Positions 1 through 10,588 of a stretch of 64,000 nt of DNA are shown piece after piece (positions within the stretch are counted from its first letter, which is position 1; each line of letters begins with the position of its first letter). Under the pieces are notes generated by a model. It ran no database searches. It saw only the letters and a program-made list of their open reading frames with translations, and was not told where the DNA came from. The position numbers and the translations under genes were made by a program. The stretch is from NCBI GenBank assembly GCA_965220935.1, contig OZ244857.1, positions 3,689,844 to 3,753,843 on the forward strand, in the 5' to 3' direction. This DNA comes from Rhodothermales bacterium. GTDB taxonomy: Bacteria; Bacteroidota; Rhodothermia; Rhodothermales; Bin80.

Positions 1-162
1 CACATCCGCATCATGAGCGTGAACGCTTGCGCGAGGAGCCAAGAAGTCTTTTTCGTGATAAGATGTGACCGCTATGAATGATTCTGGTGTCACGTAGTCA
101 TCATTCTCGAGGAATCCATGTGGGTATCCGACATCATTTGACGCATAGGTGTATGTCGTCAT
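1..162 (-). CDS. hypothetical protein, 3' end beyond left window edge (may be the tail of the decayed BNR gene)
   Basis: Hand translation of the minus strand from ATG at 162-160 gives MTTYTYASNDVGYPHGFLENDDYVTPESFIAVTSYHEKDFLAPRASVHAHDADV, open to position 1. No family recognised. Same frame as the three ORFs upstream. Confidence 0.25.
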   Translation of the reverse strand, partial: MTTYTYASNDVGYPHGFLENDDYVTPESFIAVTSYHEKDFLAPRASVHAHDADV

Positions 163-228
163 CCACACTCTATCGGGTTGCTTGCGGGAGAACGAAAAAG
201 AGGTGTGCCTTGACTAGACTATGGCCCC

Positions 229-660
229 TTACGCACCGCTGAACCTGTCCACCGTCGTGTCGGGATGGGTATGTAGACGTCGCCAGTCTTCTCTTCGTAA
301 TGGCCCCCACGAGTTTTGTCCACCTATGATAATATCATAGCGGTGGGGATGACAATAGAGTCTATAGGCGGGGCTTGACTCTGGATTGATCACAGCAGAG
401 ACTATCCCACTCTGACATGGCGTCGGCGTCCCTTCATGGGAGGACGCGGTGGATAGGCTTTGACGTTTTTTGTTGCTCCTCTGTAACCGCCACCCCTTAT
501 GAAGCCCGATGGCATTACTATGCCTCTCGTATGAGTTGGCCACATAGCGATGGGCGGGGTCTACCCCGTCAGGGATCGGAGTCGTGCATACATCTGCAAT
601 ATAGAGATGGCGGGGGAGAATGCCCGAAGAAAACGAGCGGACAGCATACGAATCATCCAC
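229..660 (-). pseudogene. possible downstream segment of the decayed BNR-repeat gene
   Basis: 143-aa ORF in the same frame as 667..1455, separated only by TAG at 667-669. No motif recognised. Confidence 0.25.
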
Positions 661-666
661 ATACCA

Positions 667-1905
667 CTAGATATTCCATGTGTAGGCAACTTTATCGTGT
701 CTTTGATGCCCAGAAAACGGTTCTTGTACCGACTTAAATCCGTCATGAACATCAGGATCTGGAATGTTATAGTAGATTCGGGTAGCCCCTATGTCTCCAT
801 CTGAGGATAATTGCCCCTCCTGAACATACAAGTACGAGTAGCCAAGCAAGAGCGTATCACTCTTTGTGGGGTGCACATGAATAGACCTGGCACGAGTATC
901 ATTATCCGCCCACCATAAAGCGCCTTCATGTTTCATCACGGGAAATCTGACCCAAGTCTGCCCACCATCAGCAGTGCGAAAGATCCTTCGTAGATGGTCG
1001 ACTGAATCTCTATAACTTGTACGTTCGACTTGCACCCAGAAGATGTTCGGATTCTTCGGATCGGCGGCAAAGTCCCACGATACGTCATCAGAGATGTTAT
1101 CATGGGAATAGGTGAGAGTTGGGGAATGATCGTCAACTCGTAAATAGTCCCAGCTGTCTCCACCGTCATGGCTTACCAGAACATAGAGATGGCCAGATTT
1201 TCTCAAAGAGTTGTTATTTCTATGGGCCGTCACAAATAGATGTTGCATTGACCATGGGTGATGATAGACTTGCGTAAGATGAATGGGTCGGTGCGGATGG
1301 ATGTCGGGAAGCTCGTTGTAGACCGCCTCCCAGGTTTGACCATGATCTGTGCTTCGCAGAATACGTCGGCGGGTGGTGACGACATCCGTATCTCCCTGTG
1401 CGGATGTCGCGAGGCCATTGAGGACATACAGATCGGAGCCAGACTCTACGCCCATAAAGAACGGCAGGCGCGATCAGGTCTCTCCTCGGTCCGCACTCCG
1501 ATAAATCCCATTGCCGTTAAACCGCATGGACTCATAGGGGCCTCTGGAATCAGGATTCCAGTTAATATGGCTGATGCCCGTGCCAAGGTATAGTATGTCA
1601 GGGGCTCCGTGGGCGACGGCTAAGCTCGAGTTGATCTGATTGTCGCGTCCCGTTTCAGACACCACACGCATGGTGATCCTCATATCAGCGGTATGCCACA
1701 AATACCCTGGCGTGAATGCATGCCAACTCTCCCCTTTAGGATCGGCAGGGTCGGGAACAACACCTAATAGATCTTGGTGGTACGGATACGAATCTCCTTG
1801 GTGCACCAAAGAACTCCACGGCAAGTCTGGGGCAGAAAGGGCGGTGACAGTACTAAGCCAGAGCGAAGCGTGTAAAAGAATGGTGATCAGTCTAGTCATG
1901 GTCAT
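667..1905 (-). pseudogene. secreted BNR/Asp-box repeat (sialidase-like beta-propeller) protein, interrupted by in-frame TGA
   Basis: ORFs 1474..1905 and 667..1455 share one frame. Signal peptide MTMTRLITILLHASLWLSTVTALSA. Asp-box SxDxGxTW motifs: SADRGET-stop, STDHGQTW, SHDGGDSW, TADGGQTW. The stop at 1474-1476 (tca on +, TGA on -) occupies the Trp position. Confidence 0.8.
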
Positions 1906-1917
1906 GGGAATTATATA
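1906..1917 (-). promoter_or_regulatory. TATATAATTCCC motif copy, directly abutting the BNR gene ATG
   Basis: The + strand reads gggaattatata, so the minus strand reads TATATAATTCCC followed immediately by ATGACCATGACT. Contains a TATAAT hexamer. Confidence 0.4.
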
Positions 1918-1948
1918 TGTCAGTACCCATCTATTTGACGGCTACCTT

Positions 1949-2188
1949 TCACGTCTCATAGGAGTCTCTAACGAGAACGCTCCTCCATGTGCAGATGCCC
2001 CAATCCCGGAGGCCTGTAATATATTCACAGACGCGTTGATGTCTGATGGCCACATGCCATACACTTAAACTTGCTTTGCGATTGACTTTATCTGTATGAT
2101 CACACTGATTACAGCGTTGGCTGGTATACTTCGGATCTACAAGAATCACGTTGCCAAACTTGTAATCGCAATAGGTAGTGCCTGACAA
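1949..2188 (-). pseudogene. tnpB: TnpB (IS200/IS605-family OrfB) C-terminal remnant, frameshifted
   Basis: 'VILVDPKYTSQRCNQCDH' matches 'VVKVHPLYTSQRCSKCGH' of the intact TnpB at 29481..30713. A second zinc-finger half 'FKCMACGHQ' and 'DINASVNILQASGIGASAHGG' are readable only after a frame change. The N-terminal ~300 aa are missing. Confidence 0.75.
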
Positions 2189-2332
2189 TAAACTCTAATT
2201 CTGGGGTAGCATAGGATCGCAAGGGCTATATTTTACAAGTACTTACCGGTAGTTTGATTGTTCAATTTGCGGTTATTTTAGGCGTTGAAGATTTTTCATG
2301 AAAAATTCGAAACTTTTCCTGTGGCGGTGGAT
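2168..2332. repeat. 165-bp repeat, left copy (inverted relative to 55243..55408)
   Basis: The reverse complement of 2168-2332 aligns to 55243-55408 at roughly 90% identity by eye, from 'atccaccg' to 'ggcacta'. Contains the perfect 16-bp palindrome ATTTTTCATGAAAAAT. Confidence 0.85.
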
Positions 2333-2953
2333 AATTAACCATAGTCAGTAGGATAAATCCTACCAAGTATGATACGAAAATTCCTTAAATTTACAATTTC
2401 TCTCACACTTTAGGCGGAAGGCCCCGAATGTATAATTCTTGTTGAATCACTGAATTGAGTCAGATATTTCAATTATCTATATATTCACGAGACATGATCA
2501 ATTCTTGGATTAAATCGCTCCGTCTTGTAAATTTATAGTCACGAGATGATGTGCACTTGATTTTCAATATATTTTTCTGAGAAAACACTGAAACCCCTAC
2601 TTTTTGAATTGCCAGTGGTGATCTATTTTCTCACGAACTCGGCATACCGACTCCGAAAATACGCTTTCTTGGGAGTTTTCGTCATAGGTGCTTTCATAGC
2701 TCATGCAGATTCTTTTTCAATGTTGGCGGCTGCGTTTCGCTGTATCTTCTCTTTACGAGGGCTCAATTACCCTAGCAGATTGGACAGAGCGAAGTGTTTG
2801 GCAGCTCAGATGATTCTAATCATTGAATTTCATATGATACGGATGAAAGTATACACCTGTGGAACTGGCCCAATCTGTATTAGTCCATTCAACATCAAGA
2901 GGTGAAACGCCTATGAACTACTGGGTTGATCACTCCATAAGTCACATTCCGTT

Positions 2954-5900
2954 TCACTGCACCCGCATCAAGTGTCCAGTGTAGACTGAGGATTGCTGAT
3001 CGTCCAGAGAGGTTGCAATCATCCGATACAGATAGGGCCCCGAGGGCAGATCAAGGTCGGTTAGTTCTAGTTCATGGCGCCATCCTGCGCTCAGTTGTAC
3101 TGCCGGGATGGCCATCACGCGTCGGCCAAGGACATTGAGTACCTCCACCTGCACCTGTGCTGCCCATGGAAGATCAAACACCAGATGCGTGGACCGATCA
3201 AACGGGTTCGGGTAATTGGCATACACCCGAAACTCCTGCGGCACCCCTTGGTTGGCTTCGGTCTGTGTCGGCGATAGGATCTCTATGGTAAACTTCAAAC
3301 TATCTTGCGCCCCATTTTGATCGGTGGCCGTGTAGGTCATCGGGACGGGGGGTGTCACCTCCATGGGGGTTCCATAGATCGTGCGTGATTGCGCATTATA
3401 TCTGAGATTAAACGGAAAATCCAGTAGCGTCAAGGTATATGCAATGGGAGGTACACCGTCTGAGACCTCAGGGAGCACCCATGGCGCAATCGGCTCCCCT
3501 CTTGGATACGACTGATCGGGGATGCTCTTGTTAATAAAGGCCATCTGATAAATCTCCAGACTGAACGTCTGCTCAGTACGCGTTCCTATGCGATCTTGTG
3601 CGGTGTAGGTATAGATTACAGCCTCAGCGACTTCTGAGGTCACCCCGCTTAACGTCCGCGTCTGCGTATCAAAGGTGAGCCCGACCGGTAGCTCAGGCAT
3701 GAGTGTATAGACATACGGTGCAACACCCCCAGTTGCGGCGGGTAGTACGTGATCGGCAAGCGGAATCTGGACGGGGTACCTCTGGTCGCCAACGGTTTCT
3801 GCAAACGTCAAGGACGGAGGCGCTTTGACCTCTATGGTAAAGGTCTGTGTAGCCGACTGGGCATTGGCGTCGGTGACCGTATAGGTAAAGATGGTTGGGG
3901 CCATCACTTCGGTGGGCGTTCCGCTCAGCGTCCGTGCATCAAACTTCAGACCTTTGGGAATCTCTGGGGTGAGGGTATAGCTGTAGGGGCGTGTTCCATA
4001 TCTGGCTTCGGGAAGCTCAAGATCTTTGATGTCTACTCCTACGAGATAGGACTGGTTGGATACCGTCTGGGTAAAGGATAGGTTTGGCACATCGTTGTCC
4101 ACGATGGTGAGCGTAAAGACATATGGGCTTCCGAGATTGTCGCCGGTCAAGGTGATGATGATGGTTTCGTTGGGCTCGTCATCAACATCATCAACGATTG
4201 TGATCAGCAGGTTGTCCGAGATGGTGTAGTCCGCGTCTTGGGTGGCCGTCCCCGAGAGCGTGTAACTCACCGATGGGCGACCGGTCACTTGGACCTGATA
4301 GGTGCCGGCTGTTTCATCAATGCGGGCCGATGCTCTGGTAAATCTAACCTGGGGTTGCGTCGCAGCCCTGGTCACTACATTAGACGGCAGGCTTTCGCCA
4401 ACACGGTTGATTGCACTGACCCGGTAGTGACGGTCAGAATGATGATCCGTGTACGTGGTGCTCGTTTGACGCTCACCAAGTGGGGTCCAAGGCGGCTGCC
4501 CATCCGCGGACCACTGAACCTGATAGCCTGTAATGGCCTCGCCCCCGTTATCGGCCGGCGCTCGCCACGACAGAACAACTGGCAGAGTTGATGTGGCGGT
4601 TAACTCCAGCGGATCACTTGGAATCGCTGGCGTGGCACGATCCACCGTCGTGCCATCATCCACATTGGATACCATCCCGGTTCCTTGTGCGTTGATGGCA
4701 CCGATGCGGTAATGACGTGTCACACCTGGAGATAGTCCACGATGGATGTGGATGGTTTGGGAAGACCCTGAATTGCCCACTAACTCTGTGTAACTGCGGC
4801 CTCCGTCGGTGGAGACCTCAATCCGATAACCGATAATAGCCGCGCCCCCATTGTCGGTTGGAGCGGTCCATGAGACGATCAGTATCGTGCGCCCACTTGG
4901 GGTGACACTTACTGCAGTCGGCGCATCGGGGGCCATGATCGCATCTGTAGTCGCATTCGCTGGAGTAGATGCGCTGGTGCTCTCGCCCACCGAATTACTC
5001 ACATAGACCCGGTAATGGCGCGTTGTAGACGGATTGAGTCCCGTATCGCTGTAGGTGCGATCCGTGCCCGTATGCGCAGGAGAGACATTTGTCCAAGGAG
5101 CATTCCCGTCGGCCGACCACTGAATGCGATAGCCCGTGATGTCTGCGCCCCCGGTGTTGGTGGGCGCGTCCCAGGTCAAATCAATCGCAGTACGCCCGTT
5201 GGCCGTGGCACTGAGATTTCCAGGGGGACCGGGCCTCGTCGCCGTCACCGCAGCGGTGGTGGCATCGTCGGTCGCAGATGCGCTGGTGCTCTCGCCCACC
5301 GAGTTACTGGCATAGACCCGGTAATGCCGCGTTGTAGATGGATCAAGCCCCGTATCCGAGTAGGATCGCAGCGTGCCTGAATGCGCAGGAGAGACATTTG
5401 TCCAAGGAGCATTCCCGTCGGCCGACCACTGAATGCGATAGCTCGTAATACGTGCGCCCCCGTCACTACTCGGGAGATCCCATGTCAAGTTAATCGTGGC
5501 ACGCCCTGACGCGGTGGCGACAAGGTTTTGCGGGGCCCCGGGCCTCACAGCCGCAGCGGTGGTCGCATCATCGGTGTTGGACGGCAAACTCTCTCCCTGC
5601 GCATTGATGGCATACACCCTGTAATGGCGCGTGGCACCGCCCAAAAGTCCCGTATCGCTGTAGGTGGTGCTCGTTGATTCGGTGTCATCCATCACATCCG
5701 CCCAGCCCGCAGTTCCATCCGACGACCACTCAATGTGGTACCCGGTGATGGCCGTGCCCCCAGTGTTGGCTGGCGCCGTCCACGACAGAACAATCGTCGT
5801 TGGCCCATTGGCGGACGCACTCAAACCCGTTGGATCACTGGGAATCGTATTGGTACTGCCATCTACGGTCGTCGCACTCGCTGTAATGGATGCCGTCCCC

Positions 5901-8900
5901 GTATTTGTCGTATTGATTGCGCTCACCCGGTAATGGCGCGTGGACCCTGCACTAAGGCCGCGATCAATAAAGGTAGTGGCTGTACTTTCGGTGTCATCTT
6001 CTAGCTCCGCCCAGTTACTCGTGCCATCGGCCGACCACTCTATCTTGTATCCACTCACCGCACTGCCTCCATTGTTGGACGGCGCCGTCCACGTAAGCAC
6101 AATCAAGGTGCGCCCACTGGCCGTGGCGGTCAAACTGGTTGGATCGCTTGGAACCGTATTGGTGCTGCCATCCACGGTGGTCCCCATCCCGGCGGTAGAC
6201 GCGGCGCCTGTATTCACAGAGTTGATCGCACTGATCTGATAATGCCGCGTGACTCCCGCCGAAAGCCCGCGATGGATATAGGTGGTTTGTGTTGATCGGG
6301 TATTGGTGACCAGAGGGTTGTAATTAGTGCCTCCGTCGGTTGACACATCGATCTTATAGCCGGTAATGGCTTCGCCCCCATTGTCGGCCGGCGCCGTCCA
6401 TGAGACGATCAGTATCGTGCGCCCACTTGGAGTGACACTTACTGCAGTCGGCGCATCAGGCGCCATGGTAGCTTCGGTGGTCGCATTCGCTGAACTTGAC
6501 GCCGTTGCACTCTCGCCCTGTGAGTTGCTGGCATACACCTGATAATCATAGCGCGTGTTTGGACTTCGCCCCGTATGACTGTAGGTCCGCGTCGTGCCCG
6601 TATGCGCAGGATCAACATCACTCCAGCTACTGCCTTGATCAGCCGACCACTGAACGCGGTAGCCCGTGATGTCTGCGCCCCCGGTGTTGGTGGGCGCGTC
6701 CCAGGAGAGAGTAATCGCAGTGCGCCCGTTGGCCGTCGCAGAGAGATTTCCAGGGGGACCAGGTACGGTGTTCATGCCCGCTGTGACGACATTGGACCAG
6801 GTGCCGGTGCCCGCCGAATTGATTGCACCGACCCGGTACTGACGCACGGTGGTGAGCGTTTGACTGGTATGGGCGTAGGTCACCCCATCATCCATAGTGT
6901 CATCTTCAACCTCCGTCCAATTGCTACCCCCGTCCGTGGATTGTTCAATCTCATAGCCCGTGATGACGCTACACTTGTCGCTCACCGCTGGCGCGGTCCA
7001 GGCTAAATTAAAGGTGCTGGTGCCATCACTGGTGGCGGTGAGCCCCGTTGGGGCAGCAGGAACGGCGACGGTGCCCGTGGTCGCATAGGCTTCGTCAGAC
7101 AGGGCACTATCTTCAAATTCATCATCTTCCATATAGACCCGATACCCATAGCAGGTATTGGTATCCAGACCCGTATCGGTGATCATGAGGGTGGAAGCAC
7201 CAACTTGACTATCAAGAGTCCATGAATCTCCGTCATTGTTACTGCGAAATACATAGTAGTTCATCACCGTTCGTCCACTGGGAAGATCTGTTGGGGCAGT
7301 CCAGGCTACATCAATGGATGTTCCCGTATTCTTGGTCGCCGTCACCCCGGTGGGGATCCCCGTCCCGCTACGGGCCACCGCGGTTACCGTGACGACCGCC
7401 GACGGGGGACTCTCAACATCATCCGCATTAACCACTTTGATGCGGTAATAAAACTCCTCCCCTGGCGTGAGCAGACTACTGACATGGCGCTCGGCCGGGG
7501 AATCCGTGTTGTTGGTTGGCTCGGCCAGCACCTCCCAGTTGGTGTTGTCCGTTGACCATTCCAGAATATGCTTTTTGAAGGCCGCACCCCCAAGACTGGT
7601 CGCTGGAGAAGTATCCCATTGAAGCGTAATGGCATGAAAGGCTGTCGTCGTTACTCGTAGACTGGTCGGTGCAGCCGGCACGGTCACCGATGCCTGCAAG
7701 ACACTGGACGCTGCACCCGCGCCACGTGCATTGATCGCGCGAATCCGGTACCAGCGTGTATCCCCCGCCGAGAGCCCTGTATGAGAATAGGTGGTCCCCG
7801 TCTGACTGGCCACCAGCTCGGTAAAGGTCGTTCCGTCTTCAGAGACCTCAATCTTGTAGCCTGTAATCGCGCTCCCCCAGGTCTGCGTCGGTGCGGTCCA
7901 AGACAGTGCAATGCTCGTGGCCGCCGGGGTGGAGGTGAGACTAGTCGGCGCGGCGGGCGCGCCAAAGGTCAGCGAAACGGGGTTGGATAGGTCTTTCTGA
8001 GTTGCTACGGTGGTCCAAAGGTTCACACGATATCCGTAGGTCATGCCAGTGGTCAAGCCATCACTATCGGTATATGTCAATGTAGTGGAGGACAATGAAG
8101 TGGAAAGTGCTCGCCAGCTGTCCCCGCCATCACTGGTCCGAAATATCTGATAACGACTGATCCCCTCACCCATTGGTAGATCCGTTGGGGCCGTCCACGA
8201 AACCGTCACCTCCGTTGCCGATGTCTGCGATGCGGTCACCCCAGTAGGAACGCCCGTTGAAATGAATGCCCCTGCAGTCACGCTTCGGACCGCAGACGCA
8301 GGGCCCGCCCCCGCCGCATTGACCGCACGTGCCCGGTAGTAAAACGACTCACCGGGTGTGAGTAAACTGCTGTAGTGATAAAACTCTCTGGCAGTAGGAG
8401 GTAATGTGACTAACTCCTTCCATGTGGAATTATCGGTAGACCATTCAATGGTGTAATTCGTAATCGCTGAGCTCCCTATACTGCTTGGCACATCCCATAT
8501 TAAAAAGGCTTGATGATACCGAATAGCGGAGGCACCAAAACTTTGTGGCGCGCCGGGCGGGGTCCCGATGGTAATGCTCTGAACTGCGGTCGGTTGGCCT
8601 GTGCCCCGTGCATTGATGGCACGGACCCGGTAATGGCGCACATCGCTGGCCGAGAGTCCCGTGTGCGAATACGTAGTCCCCGTCTGACTGGCGACCAGCT
8701 CGGTAAAGGTGTCGCCATCGGTAGAGACCTCAATCTGATAGCCGGTGACGGCGCTTCCCCAGGTCTGAGCGGGTGCACTCCAAGACAGATCAATACCCAT
8801 GCGATTTGATGCCGACACCGCTGTAAACGAGGTCGGCGCACTGGGCGCACCAACGGTCAGCGAATCGGGCGGCGAAAGATCGTACTCAAAGAACGCATCG

Positions 8901-10588
8901 GTTTGAACGGCCACACGATAGCCGTAGGTATTCCCAACCGTCAACCCGTCATCATCAACATACGAGGATGCTGTGTTGCTGATACTGCCGTCAAGTTGCT
9001 CCCAAAGCTCTCCGCTATTGGCCGTCCGATACACCTGATAGAAGGTAATTCCATCTGTAGTACCCTCCGCATCCGGCACATCCGTCGGGGCCGTCCACGA
9101 CACTGTGACTTCACCTGCCGCCGTCTGCGATGCCCGCACATCAGTGGGCACACCCGCACCACTGGCACGAGAAATCGCCATCGCACTAACAGACGTAGAA
9201 GGCGGGCTCGCCCCCGCAGAATTGACTGCACGCACCCGGTAGTAAAACGTCTGGCCTACGGTCAGCAAACTGCTAAAATGTTCATAGTATCCAGTATTGC
9301 CTGCAGCGGGCTGGTCCACAACCTCCCAGTTGGTATCATCGGTAGACCATTCGATGATATGGCTGGTAATCGGCGGACTGATCGTCGGTACCCTATCCCA
9401 ATTCAGAACGATATTATGAAGCCGCGAGGCACCGGCTGTTAATCCCGTTGGCGCGGCGGGGGGCATGGTGGTTGGGGCCGCGGTCGTGAACGCATCCGAC
9501 CACGCGCCAAAGCCCATCGAATTCTTTGCCCGCACCTGGTACTGACGGCTCGTCGCAATCGTCTGACCCGTATGCGCATACATCACCGCGTCATCGCCCG
9601 TGTCGGCTTCGACATCACTCCACGTATCGCTGCTACTGGCGCGCTCCTGGATCTGATAGCCCGTGATCGCGCTGCACTTGTCAGATGCCGGCGCTGTCCA
9701 ACTCAAATTGAAGGTCGTCCCCGTGCCTGTGGCCGTCAAGCCCGTTGGGGCCGCCGGAGCCGTGACCGTCCCCGTCGTCGCATACGCCGCGTCGGAGAGG
9801 TGGTAATAGGTATAAACCGAACTATCCACAAGCCGGACCCGAAACCCATAGCAGGTGTTCTCGGCCAGGCCCGTGAAGGTTTGTGGGTTTTGGGAAGATA
9901 AAGCGTAGCTACGATATGAATCTCCTTGGTCGTTCGTTTGAAGTACTTGGTATTCAATAACCCCAGTCACTTCGGACGGGGCCGTCCATGAGACCTGAAT
10001 GGAGGTGCCACTTTGCTTGGTTGCGGTGACGCCCGTAGCAATGGCCGTATTATCGCGCACGATCGCGGTCACACTGCTCACATTGGACGGCCCGCTGACC
10101 TCATCATTGGTGTTGGCCACCTTCACACGGTAGTAAAAGGTAGTGCTCGGCGTGAGCCGGTCGCTGACATCTCTAAACTCTGTATTACGGATATTCCCAC
10201 TCACCCTCCCGATCACCGACCAATTGGTGTTGTCGGACGACCGCTCAACGATGAACTCCTTGAAGGTGCTGTTGTTGAGACGTGATTGCGTATACCGATC
10301 CCACATAATTTCGTGTATAAGAAACGCCTCCACCGTGACGCTCACATTTAATGGCGGATCCGGGGCCGCGCTCTGGGGAATGGCGGCTCGCGAAGATGCA
10401 TCTCCATCACGCACATCCTCGCTTGGCTCTACATGCCAGTCCATGACACGGATCCTTTCAGGCGGAGTCTCACTTAGATCACCATGCCCGTCAGTGGACG
10501 CTAATCCATGCTCCTCCAACTGGAGGGACTCATCTAAAAAATGGGGGGGGGGGGGGGGTAGATTCGGAATCCCTGATGTTTGAACCAT
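2954..10588 (-). CDS. giant T9SS-sorted surface adhesin (FN3 repeats, Calx-beta, cadherin-like Ig units, Por C-terminal domain)
   Basis: 2544-aa ORF with 20 or more ~95-100 aa FN3-like units ('L.W..P...GG..ITGY.I.WS.DG..W......T.Y.HTGL...T.HYRV.A.N..G'). One Calx-beta-like unit ('YTLSGTATQDADYT...DDVDDEPNETIIITL'). About 5 'LPEA.GG..PY.YTL.P.LP.GL.F...RTLSGTP' units. C-terminus 'YANYPNPFDRSTHLVFDLPWAAQVQVEVLNVLGRRV...YLYRM'. No signal peptide in this frame. Confidence 0.9.
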   Translation of the reverse strand: MVQTSGIPNLPPPPPHFLDESLQLEEHGLASTDGHGDLSETPPERIRVMDWHVEPSEDVRDGDASSRAAIPQSAAPDPPLNVSVTVEAFLIHEIMWDRYTQSRLNNSTFKEFIVERSSDNTNWSVIGRVSGNIRNTEFRDVSDRLTPSTTFYYRVKVANTNDEVSGPSNVSSVTAIVRDNTAIATGVTATKQSGTSIQVSWTAPSEVTGVIEYQVLQTNDQGDSYRSYALSSQNPQTFTGLAENTCYGFRVRLVDSSVYTYYHLSDAAYATTGTVTAPAAPTGLTATGTGTTFNLSWTAPASDKCSAITGYQIQERASSSDTWSDVEADTGDDAVMYAHTGQTIATSRQYQVRAKNSMGFGAWSDAFTTAAPTTMPPAAPTGLTAGASRLHNIVLNWDRVPTISPPITSHIIEWSTDDTNWEVVDQPAAGNTGYYEHFSSLLTVGQTFYYRVRAVNSAGASPPSTSVSAMAISRASGAGVPTDVRASQTAAGEVTVSWTAPTDVPDAEGTTDGITFYQVYRTANSGELWEQLDGSISNTASSYVDDDGLTVGNTYGYRVAVQTDAFFEYDLSPPDSLTVGAPSAPTSFTAVSASNRMGIDLSWSAPAQTWGSAVTGYQIEVSTDGDTFTELVASQTGTTYSHTGLSASDVRHYRVRAINARGTGQPTAVQSITIGTPPGAPQSFGASAIRYHQAFLIWDVPSSIGSSAITNYTIEWSTDNSTWKELVTLPPTAREFYHYSSLLTPGESFYYRARAVNAAGAGPASAVRSVTAGAFISTGVPTGVTASQTSATEVTVSWTAPTDLPMGEGISRYQIFRTSDGGDSWRALSTSLSSTTLTYTDSDGLTTGMTYGYRVNLWTTVATQKDLSNPVSLTFGAPAAPTSLTSTPAATSIALSWTAPTQTWGSAITGYKIEVSEDGTTFTELVASQTGTTYSHTGLSAGDTRWYRIRAINARGAGAASSVLQASVTVPAAPTSLRVTTTAFHAITLQWDTSPATSLGGAAFKKHILEWSTDNTNWEVLAEPTNNTDSPAERHVSSLLTPGEEFYYRIKVVNADDVESPPSAVVTVTAVARSGTGIPTGVTATKNTGTSIDVAWTAPTDLPSGRTVMNYYVFRSNNDGDSWTLDSQVGASTLMITDTGLDTNTCYGYRVYMEDDEFEDSALSDEAYATTGTVAVPAAPTGLTATSDGTSTFNLAWTAPAVSDKCSVITGYEIEQSTDGGSNWTEVEDDTMDDGVTYAHTSQTLTTVRQYRVGAINSAGTGTWSNVVTAGMNTVPGPPGNLSATANGRTAITLSWDAPTNTGGADITGYRVQWSADQGSSWSDVDPAHTGTTRTYSHTGRSPNTRYDYQVYASNSQGESATASSSANATTEATMAPDAPTAVSVTPSGRTILIVSWTAPADNGGEAITGYKIDVSTDGGTNYNPLVTNTRSTQTTYIHRGLSAGVTRHYQISAINSVNTGAASTAGMGTTVDGSTNTVPSDPTSLTATASGRTLIVLTWTAPSNNGGSAVSGYKIEWSADGTSNWAELEDDTESTATTFIDRGLSAGSTRHYRVSAINTTNTGTASITASATTVDGSTNTIPSDPTGLSASANGPTTIVLSWTAPANTGGTAITGYHIEWSSDGTAGWADVMDDTESTSTTYSDTGLLGGATRHYRVYAINAQGESLPSNTDDATTAAAVRPGAPQNLVATASGRATINLTWDLPSSDGGARITSYRIQWSADGNAPWTNVSPAHSGTLRSYSDTGLDPSTTRHYRVYASNSVGESTSASATDDATTAAVTATRPGPPGNLSATANGRTAIDLTWDAPTNTGGADITGYRIQWSADGNAPWTNVSPAHTGTDRTYSDTGLNPSTTRHYRVYVSNSVGESTSASTPANATTDAIMAPDAPTAVSVTPSGRTILIVSWTAPTDNGGAAIIGYRIEVSTDGGRSYTELVGNSGSSQTIHIHRGLSPGVTRHYRIGAINAQGTGMVSNVDDGTTVDRATPAIPSDPLELTATSTLPVVLSWRAPADNGGEAITGYQVQWSADGQPPWTPLGERQTSTTYTDHHSDRHYRVSAINRVGESLPSNVVTRAATQPQVRFTRASARIDETAGTYQVQVTGRPSVSYTLSGTATQDADYTISDNLLITIVDDVDDEPNETIIITLTGDNLGSPYVFTLTIVDNDVPNLSFTQTVSNQSYLVGVDIKDLELPEARYGTRPYSYTLTPEIPKGLKFDARTLSGTPTEVMAPTIFTYTVTDANAQSATQTFTIEVKAPPSLTFAETVGDQRYPVQIPLADHVLPAATGGVAPYVYTLMPELPVGLTFDTQTRTLSGVTSEVAEAVIYTYTAQDRIGTRTEQTFSLEIYQMAFINKSIPDQSYPRGEPIAPWVLPEVSDGVPPIAYTLTLLDFPFNLRYNAQSRTIYGTPMEVTPPVPMTYTATDQNGAQDSLKFTIEILSPTQTEANQGVPQEFRVYANYPNPFDRSTHLVFDLPWAAQVQVEVLNVLGRRVMAIPAVQLSAGWRHELELTDLDLPSGPYLYRMIATSLDDQQSSVYTGHLMRVQ

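Noticed and set aside
1474-1476. Possibility that TGA is read as Trp (alternative genetic code), because it sits exactly on the Asp-box Trp.
   Set aside because: TGA terminates many well-supported genes in this window: trbE, trbG, trbI, the histidine kinase, the response regulator, traF, and the ATGA-coupled operon junctions. The same decayed gene also carries in-frame TAG and TAA stops.
2609-2905. 98-aa + strand ORF in the AT-rich spacer between the 165-bp repeat and the adhesin 3' end.
   Set aside because: There is no recognisable family, no ribosome-binding context and an odd composition. It is not supported as a gene.
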